From: Candidatus Eiseniibacteriota bacterium
Lineage (GTDB): Bacteria > Orphanbacterota > Orphanbacteria > Orphanbacterales > Orphanbacteraceae
NCBI GenBank assembly: GCA_043809585.1
Contig: JBDROZ010000042.1
Span: 60,504-80,503 of the forward strand
Direction of reading: 5' to 3'
DNA length: 20,000 nucleotides
This document shows, one piece after another, positions 14,386 through 20,000 of the stretch (within the stretch, counting starts at the first letter, position 1; each line of letters starts with the position of its first letter). A model generated the notes under the pieces. That model was not told the DNA's origin and did not search any database. It saw only the letters and a list, made by a program, of their open reading frames with translations. The translations under genes and the position numbers were made by a program.

Positions 14386-15061
14386 CTCGAGTACCCCCGG
14401 GCCCCGGACGGTTCCGCGCGGATTCAAAACGCCGTACGGGGTTGATTCCAGTATAAATGGAAGTCGATCCCCTTTCAAGCGTTATCAGGACCGTCCTTAC
14501 GGATGGTTGTCCAGTAATAGTTATCGGCCCTTTGAAAGAAACTCGGGAGTCGGACCAATCCGACGGGGCCCGGCGATGCCCCCCGGGGGGGAGGGGGGTT
14601 GACCATGGGAGCCCATTTCGGGGCAAGGAGCGTCGGAATACTTGAACCGAAAGGTGTTATCCTGTCCCAAGGGCGTTACAAGACCAGCACTCTTAGCCGT
14701 CTTAACGGCCTCTGGTCGGCCTCGATCAAGTAGAGACCCGGATTTCGACATTTCCTTCCTTTGCCGCGAGTTCAACAAGTTTTAATAAGATGTGCAGTAT
14801 TTGGCCTTTTTGGCCATTTCCTGGCCGCACTTCTTCCCTTCTAAATGAAATCTCCCCCCAGGCTGTGATGAAATCCTCTTGGTAACCCGGGGCCCCGCTA
14901 ATCAAAAAGCGGCTCCGGGTCGATTCCTCTTTATGAGAGACGAGAGGACGTCCGGATACTGACCGGACACGATGGCCAGGCATTCGCTCCGGATCCCTCG
15001 AGGGTGCGGGGCCGAGTCCGGAGCGGCGTAGCCCGCCTGCTTCGGAGAAAGGAAGGCTCAA
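14386..15061. promoter_or_regulatory. divergent tadG/flp regulatory region
   Basis: About 680-bp non-coding stretch, visibly more AT-rich than its flanks (especially ~14440-14540 and ~14720-14880), between divergent operons. Exact promoters were not identified. Confidence 0.6.
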
Positions 15062-15229
15062 ATGCTGACGGTTTTGAAGAAGTTCCACCGAAACGATGAG
15101 GGCCAGGACATTATCGAGTACGCGCTTCTCGCCGCGTTCATTTCGATTGCCGCAATCGCCACGATCAAGCTGATCGGGCCGGTGGTCCTCGGCATCTACG
15201 ACGACATCCACACCGCCCTGACCACCTAG
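15062..15229 (+). CDS. flp: Flp family type IVb/c pilin (55 aa)
   Basis: Manual translation MLTVLKKFHRNDEG|QDIIEYALLAAFISIAAIATIKLIGPVVLGIYDDIHTALTT*. Flp motif G|xxxxEY; RBS GAAAGGAAGG. Too short for the ORF track. Confidence 0.96.
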   Translation: MLTVLKKFHRNDEGQDIIEYALLAAFISIAAIATIKLIGPVVLGIYDDIHTALTT

Positions 15230-15265
15230 CTCGAAGGCGTCCCGGCTTCGGGGCTTCGAATCGAC

Positions 15266-15305
15266 GGAGGCGTGTCCCGCGAAGGGGAGGCGCCTCCCCT
15301 TTTTT
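15266..15305 (+). terminator. terminator/attenuator after flp
   Basis: GGAGGCG...CGCCTCC stem with inner TCCC/GGGA (alternatively AAGGGGAGG/CCTCCCCTT), followed by TTTTTT. Confidence 0.75.
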
Positions 15306-15458
15306 GTCTTCTTCTGTTGCATCTCATTCAGGTCTACGGCATTCTGTCGCCGCAGCCGAAAAGGTGGATAGGGACCCGCGGTCGCTCCCCCGGGACCGGA
15401 TGCATCCCCGGTTCCCCGCGATCGCAATCGTCGCACGCCTTAAGGAGGCGGGTTCTCC

Positions 15459-15992
15459 ATGAAGCCTGAGCCTGCAATGATCTGCTTCGCCCTTGCGATC
15501 GTTTTCGCGGCCGCCGCCGTAGACGTGCGCAGCCGGCGAATCCCGAATGCAATTACCTACACGAGCGCCCTCGTTCCCTTTGCCTTCCGCGCGATCCGGG
15601 GCGACTTCGATCTTCTCCTACCGACCCTCGCGGGTCTTCTTCTCGGGCTCGGGCTTCTCTTTGTTCCGTGGATGATCGGCGGCATGGGCGCCGGTGACGT
15701 GAAGCTCATGGGCGCCGTCGGATCGGCCCTCGGCCCGTCGGTCGTCTGGAACGTGTTTCTCTACTCCCTGATCGCGGGCGGCCTCGTGGCGCTCGTTTCT
15801 CTGGCCCTCCGGGGCGATCTCGTCCGGGGGATCAAGAACACGGGGAGTTTGATCCTTCGTCTGAAGAACCGCGTCGTCCCCTCGGGCTCCGAAGCGCCGC
15901 AAAAGCGTTTCGAGCCGGTGGGCAGGATCCCCTTCGGGGTGGCGATCGCGATCGGCACGGTGTCCGCGCTCTTCCCGATGATCCGGGCGTAG
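15459..15992 (+). CDS. cpaA: A24 prepilin peptidase (CpaA/TadV)
   Basis: Catalytic Asp motifs 'DVRSRRIPN' and 'GMGAGDVKL'; C-terminal IPFGVAIAIG; AAGGAGG RBS. Confidence 0.95.
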   Translation: MKPEPAMICFALAIVFAAAAVDVRSRRIPNAITYTSALVPFAFRAIRGDFDLLLPTLAGLLLGLGLLFVPWMIGGMGAGDVKLMGAVGSALGPSVVWNVFLYSLIAGGLVALVSLALRGDLVRGIKNTGSLILRLKNRVVPSGSEAPQKRFEPVGRIPFGVAIAIGTVSALFPMIRA

Positions 15993-16047
15993 CGGGGACG
16001 AAACAGGGCCGCGCCGCTGGGGGGCCGGCCACGGGGGAAAGGGTGGA

Positions 16048-16914
16048 ATGAGAAAGGGTGGGATCGTTCTCATCGTCCTGGCTCTTCTTCTCGCCGCCGG
16101 GGCGGCGTACGTGGTGCAGAACTATCTCGATCAGACGGCGGTGCGGGAAGTGCCGGCGTTCGAGACGCGACCGGTGGTCGTCGCCTCCCGGGACCTGAAC
16201 TACGGGACCCGGCTCGATCACGAGCATCTCACCACCGTGGACTACCCGGCGGCGAGCGTGCCCGACGGAGCCTACAGCCACGCCGACAGTCTGGTCGGCC
16301 AGGTGACGAAGGTGTTCCTCATCACCCGGGAGGCGATCGTCGCCGCGAAACTCTCCTCCAAGGGGGGCGGGCTCTCGCTCCGCATTCCGGACAAACTGCG
16401 CGCGAGTTCGGTCCGGGTGGACCAGGTGTCTGGCGTGAGCGGCTTCATTCTCCCGGGGGACCGGGTCGACGTGCTCGTGACGGTGGCGAAAAGCGGAATC
16501 AAGAACGACGCGGCGACTCAGATCGTCCTCCAGAACGTGGAGGTAATCGCCGCGGGGACCGAGACGAACACCGAGGGGAACCGGACGATCGACGTCCAGC
16601 AGATCACCCTTCTCACGACCCCCCAAGACGCGGAGAAGCTCGCCCTCGCCCAGCACCAGGGGCAGATCCTCCTGGCCCTCCGGAATCCGGGGGACCAGGA
16701 CACACTGACCACCTACGCGGTCCATACGAGCGATATCATCAAGGCGCCGGCGCCCGCGAAACCGGTCTGGCGTCCGGCGCCCAAGAAGGAGGAGCCGCCC
16801 CCCGCGCCGCCGGACCTCGGCAAGACCGTCATTCGGGGCGGGCAGGCGAAGGAAGAGGAGCCGGTCATGCCCGACTCGACCAAGGGGAAGAAGACCGAAA
16901 ACGAACTTCCGTAG
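16048..16914 (+). CDS. cpaB: Flp pilus assembly protein CpaB/RcpC
   Basis: N-terminal TM segment, SAF domain (VVVASRDL..G..L), 'GVSGFILPGDRVDVL', 'VLQNVEVIA', 'LALRNP.D'. Confidence 0.95.
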   Translation: MRKGGIVLIVLALLLAAGAAYVVQNYLDQTAVREVPAFETRPVVVASRDLNYGTRLDHEHLTTVDYPAASVPDGAYSHADSLVGQVTKVFLITREAIVAAKLSSKGGGLSLRIPDKLRASSVRVDQVSGVSGFILPGDRVDVLVTVAKSGIKNDAATQIVLQNVEVIAAGTETNTEGNRTIDVQQITLLTTPQDAEKLALAQHQGQILLALRNPGDQDTLTTYAVHTSDIIKAPAPAKPVWRPAPKKEEPPPAPPDLGKTVIRGGQAKEEEPVMPDSTKGKKTENELP

Positions 16915-16924
16915 ACCTCGGGGG

Positions 16925-18034
16925 ATGATTCTCATGCGAAGAGCGTTGACAGGCTTCGGGTTGATCGCCGCGATCGTCCTCGCCGGGGTTCCGATCCCGG
17001 CCATGGAGGCGCCCGCGCCGGGGAGCATCATCGAAGTCGTGGAACGGCAGTCCAAGGTCGTAGAATTCGACTTCGACGTGGAGACCGTTTCGATCACCGA
17101 TCCGGAAATGGCGGACGTGATCCTCGTGACCCCGCGCCAGATCCTGGTGCACGGCAAAGAGGTAGGCAAGACGTCTCTGATCGTCTGGGACGCGTTCCAG
17201 GCGTACTACGATTATCAGCTCAAGGTGATCAGCGCGAAGACGAACGAGCAGATCTTGCTCCGGGTGCGGGTGGCAGAGGTGAACCGGGACCGCCTCTCCG
17301 AACTCGGGATCGACTGGCTCGTCTTCGACCGGTCCGACAAGGTGGTGGAAGGAGACAAGACGATCGGCTCCTTCGCGGGAAGCGTCCAGCCTCCGAGCGA
17401 TCCTCTCTCCCTCGGCGAAGGCGTGACCGGCCTCGTCAAGTACGTGGGCAAGGAAGAGAGAATCACCTCGATCATCCACGCCCTCGAGGAAAAGGGAGGG
17501 CTCAACCTGCTCGCGAAGCCCGACCTCATCTGTCTGAACGGCGAAGAGGCCAACTTTCTCGTGGGGGGGGAGATCCCGATTCCCATCTCCCAATCGGTCA
17601 CCGTCGGCGCGGCGTTCTTCACCATCGACTGGAAGGAGTTCGGCGTGAGGCTCGGCTTCACGCCCACCGTGGTGGGCGAGAATCTGGTGCGCCTCGCGGT
17701 GGAGCCGGAGGTGAGCAGCCTCGATTACTCGAACGCCATCACCTTCTCGGGGTTCAACATCCCGGCGATCCGGACCCGTCGGGCGAAAACGACCGTGGAG
17801 CTCCACGACGGCGAGACCTTCATCATCGGCGGCCTTCTGAACACGACGGAGACCGAGCTCGTCTCGCGGGTGCCCATCCTCGGGAGCATTCCGCTGCTCG
17901 GCATGCTATTCAGCAACACGTCGAAGCAGCTTTCGGAAACGGAGCTGATGATCCTGATCTCGCCGACCATCGTCGAGCCGATCGGCGCCGGCGAAATTCC
18001 GGAGCTACCGTGGACGCCGAAGGAAAGAGAGTAA
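16925..18034 (+). CDS. cpaC: Tad secretin CpaC/RcpA
   Basis: Signal peptide, pil_N domain (VSITDPEMADV...GKEVGKTSLIVWD), secretin core (LAKPDL...GEEANFLVGGEIPIP, KEFGVRL.FTP, IIGGL, VPILGSIPLLG.LF, ETELMILISP). Confidence 0.95.
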   Translation: MILMRRALTGFGLIAAIVLAGVPIPAMEAPAPGSIIEVVERQSKVVEFDFDVETVSITDPEMADVILVTPRQILVHGKEVGKTSLIVWDAFQAYYDYQLKVISAKTNEQILLRVRVAEVNRDRLSELGIDWLVFDRSDKVVEGDKTIGSFAGSVQPPSDPLSLGEGVTGLVKYVGKEERITSIIHALEEKGGLNLLAKPDLICLNGEEANFLVGGEIPIPISQSVTVGAAFFTIDWKEFGVRLGFTPTVVGENLVRLAVEPEVSSLDYSNAITFSGFNIPAIRTRRAKTTVELHDGETFIIGGLLNTTETELVSRVPILGSIPLLGMLFSNTSKQLSETELMILISPTIVEPIGAGEIPELPWTPKERE

Positions 18035-18047
18035 GGGACGGAACACC

Positions 18048-19253
18048 GTGGATAATCTCCGCGTCGTCATCATCGATTCGGACGAGCTGACCCGCAAGGG
18101 GATCCGCTCCCACCTCGAGGCCCTCACGGGAGTCGAGATCGCGGGGGAGACGGACGATCCGACCACGGGCCACCGGCTGATCCGACAGAAGGCGCCCCAC
18201 GTCATGCTGATCGAGGTCTCGTCGATCGAAGATCCGATGATGGAATTGGTCCACGATGTTCACGAGGAGATGCCGGATGTGCAAATCCTCGCGACTTCGG
18301 CCCACAAGAACCCGGACCTGATCCTGAAGGCCATGAGTTCGGGGGCGAAGGAGTTCCTTCTCCGGCCGATCGATTTCGTGAAGGTCCAGGAATCGGTGCA
18401 AAAGGTGTTGCGCGATTCGCTCAGGCAACGGGAGTCGGGAGAGACCAATGGCCGGGTGATCTCCTTCTTCAGCAACAAGGGGGGCGTGGGGGCGACGACG
18501 CTCGCCACGAACGTGGCGGCCGGGCTCGCGAAGGGAGGGCGGCGGGTGGTGCTCGTCGACTTCGACCTGCAGCTCGGCAACGCGGCGAGTTTCCTCGACC
18601 TGACGCCCCAGTACACGATGTACGATCTGGTGAAGCAGATCGACAAGGTGACCCGGCGGACCGTGGACGGATTCCTCACCCGTCACTCGTCCGGCGTGGC
18701 GGTGCTCGCCGAGCCCAGGACTCCGGCGGAGGCGGAATCGGTGACGGCCCACCATGTTTCCCGGATCCTGGCGTTTCTGAAGTCCGCCTTCGACTACATC
18801 GTGGTCGACACGCCCCACTCGTTCGACGAGCGGACCCTCGAGGTCCTGGACGGGTCGGACGAGATCTACGTGACGTCGGAAATGAGCCTGCCGGCGCTCC
18901 GCAACCTCCGCAAATGCCTCGACGTCTTCCGGGACCTCGAGTACGACCGCGCACGCATCCGGGTCGTGGTCAACCGGTACGACCCGAAGGGGATGATCCG
19001 TCTCGACGACGTGCAGGAGAGCTTCAACTTCGAGGCCTTCGCCACGATTCCCAACGATTTCCGTCGCGTCATGGAAGGGATCAACGTCGGTACGCCGCTG
19101 GTCGTCGGCGCCCCGGAAAGCGAAACGGGCCGGGAGATTCTCCGGCTCTGCCGCAGGATCGCCGGTGAGGACCCCGCAGGCGACGGATCCGGAGAGAAGA
19201 GTGGGCGCCCGGGCGCGCTCGGGCGCCTGTTCGGGAAACGACGGGAGGATTGA
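18048..19253 (+). CDS. cpaE: CpaE/TadZ: receiver-like domain plus MinD/ParA-like ATPase
   Basis: N-terminal REC-like domain; deviant Walker A 'KGGVGATT', 'LVDFDLQLG', 'FDYIVVDTP', 'IPND'. Confidence 0.93.
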   Translation: MDNLRVVIIDSDELTRKGIRSHLEALTGVEIAGETDDPTTGHRLIRQKAPHVMLIEVSSIEDPMMELVHDVHEEMPDVQILATSAHKNPDLILKAMSSGAKEFLLRPIDFVKVQESVQKVLRDSLRQRESGETNGRVISFFSNKGGVGATTLATNVAAGLAKGGRRVVLVDFDLQLGNAASFLDLTPQYTMYDLVKQIDKVTRRTVDGFLTRHSSGVAVLAEPRTPAEAESVTAHHVSRILAFLKSAFDYIVVDTPHSFDERTLEVLDGSDEIYVTSEMSLPALRNLRKCLDVFRDLEYDRARIRVVVNRYDPKGMIRLDDVQESFNFEAFATIPNDFRRVMEGINVGTPLVVGAPESETGREILRLCRRIAGEDPAGDGSGEKSGRPGALGRLFGKRRED

Positions 19254-19254
19254 C

Positions 19255-20000
19255 GTGGGCCTTCGAGAGAGAATGAAGCTGGGCAACGGAGCCAAGCAGA
19301 GGAAGGAAGAGCGGCCGGAAAGCGAGTCTGAGGCAGTCCCGGAGGGAGACGTCTCCCAGACGAAATCGGCCCTCTTTTCCGGCCGGTCCGGAAAGGGCGG
19401 GGACGAGTTCCGCGACATGAAGGAACGGCTCCACAAGCAACTCGTGGACCGCATCGACTACGCGGTGTGGGAATCCCTCGAAGCCTCCAAGCTCCGGGAA
19501 CAGGTCCAGCGCGTCGTGGAGACGCTGATCGCCGAGCAGGGCGTGCAGCTCACCGAGATCGATCGGGAACGGCTGATCGAGGAGATCAAGAACGAGACCC
19601 TCGGCCTCGGACCGATCGAGCAGTACATCCACGACCCGGCGATCTCCGACATTCTCGTCAACACCCACAAGCAGGTCTTCATCGAGCGTTACGGCAAACT
19701 GGAGCTGACCAACACCCAGTTCAGGGACGACGCCCACCTCATGCAGGTCATCGACCGGATCGTCTCCGAGGTCGGGAGGCGCGTGGACGAATCGTCGCCG
19801 ATGGTCGACGCCCGTCTCCCCGACGGTTCCCGGGTGAACGCGATCATCCCCCCTCTCGCCGTGGACGGGCCGATGCTGTCGATCCGGCGGTTCGGTGTGC
19901 GGCAACTCTACATGAACGACCTGATTCGCCTGAGCAGCCTGACCACGGAGATGGCCGAGCTCCTCCACGGCTGCGTCCGGGCGAAGCTGAACGTTCTCAT
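19255..20000 (+). CDS. cpaF: CpaF/TadA secretion ATPase (5' part; runs off window end)
   Basis: Manual translation from GTG 19255 (GGGAGG RBS): MGLRERMK...LGLGPIEQYIHDPAISDILVN...GRRVDESSPMVDARLPDGSRVNAIIPPLAVDGPMLSIRRF...KLNVL. Confidence 0.96.
   Translation, partial: MGLRERMKLGNGAKQRKEERPESESEAVPEGDVSQTKSALFSGRSGKGGDEFRDMKERLHKQLVDRIDYAVWESLEASKLREQVQRVVETLIAEQGVQLTEIDRERLIEEIKNETLGLGPIEQYIHDPAISDILVNTHKQVFIERYGKLELTNTQFRDDAHLMQVIDRIVSEVGRRVDESSPMVDARLPDGSRVNAIIPPLAVDGPMLSIRRFGVRQLYMNDLIRLSSLTTEMAELLHGCVRAKLNVL

Noticed and set aside
14811-14825. Sigma-54 promoter (TGGCCATTTCCTGGC)
   Set aside because: GG-N10-GC spacing is right but the -24 (CACG) and -12 (TTGC) matches are poor.
14885-15040. 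c-di-GMP-I (GEMM) riboswitch upstream of flp
   Set aside because: Lacks the GGCAAA...GAAA...GACGCAAA core.
899-19968. Many long alternative-frame or antisense ORFs (e.g. 1239-2789 +, 3066-4331 +, 6919-8952 +, 10577-12631 -, 15832-17169 -, 17910-19454 -)
   Set aside because: They overlap well-supported genes, are Arg/Pro/Gly-rich or mirror the real codons, and carry no motifs. These are typical shadow ORFs of high-GC DNA.

Overview
High-GC bacterial chromosomal window from a diderm organism (it encodes a secretin and a lipoprotein). A secreted peptidase ending in an 'xPNPFNPxT' FlgD-Ig/T9SS-like domain suggests an FCB-related lineage such as Eisenbacteria or Latescibacterota; this is inference only. 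Bases 1-12.6 kb hold housekeeping and envelope genes: a partial aldehyde dehydrogenase, ddl, a TolB/PD40 lipoprotein, a small hypothetical protein, YgfZ, a monofunctional proline dehydrogenase, a HAD hydrolase, an M28 peptidase with an inserted YCF48-like propeller, a STAS anti-anti-sigma factor, a PSRP/DUF299 kinase-pyrophosphorylase and a TPR-TlpA thioredoxin. Bases 12.8-20 kb are a Tad/Flp pilus locus: tadG-tadE divergent from flp-cpaA-cpaB-cpaC-cpaE-cpaF, with the 55-aa Flp pilin missing from the ORF track. The strongest unexplained signal is a pair of 180-nt rod-like palindromic intergenic elements (8950-9129 read on the minus strand, 12632-12811 read on the plus strand). Their stems have unrelated sequences, yet four short motifs sit at identical ungapped positions and the stems show compensatory changes, pointing to a structure-conserved RNA or ssDNA element family.
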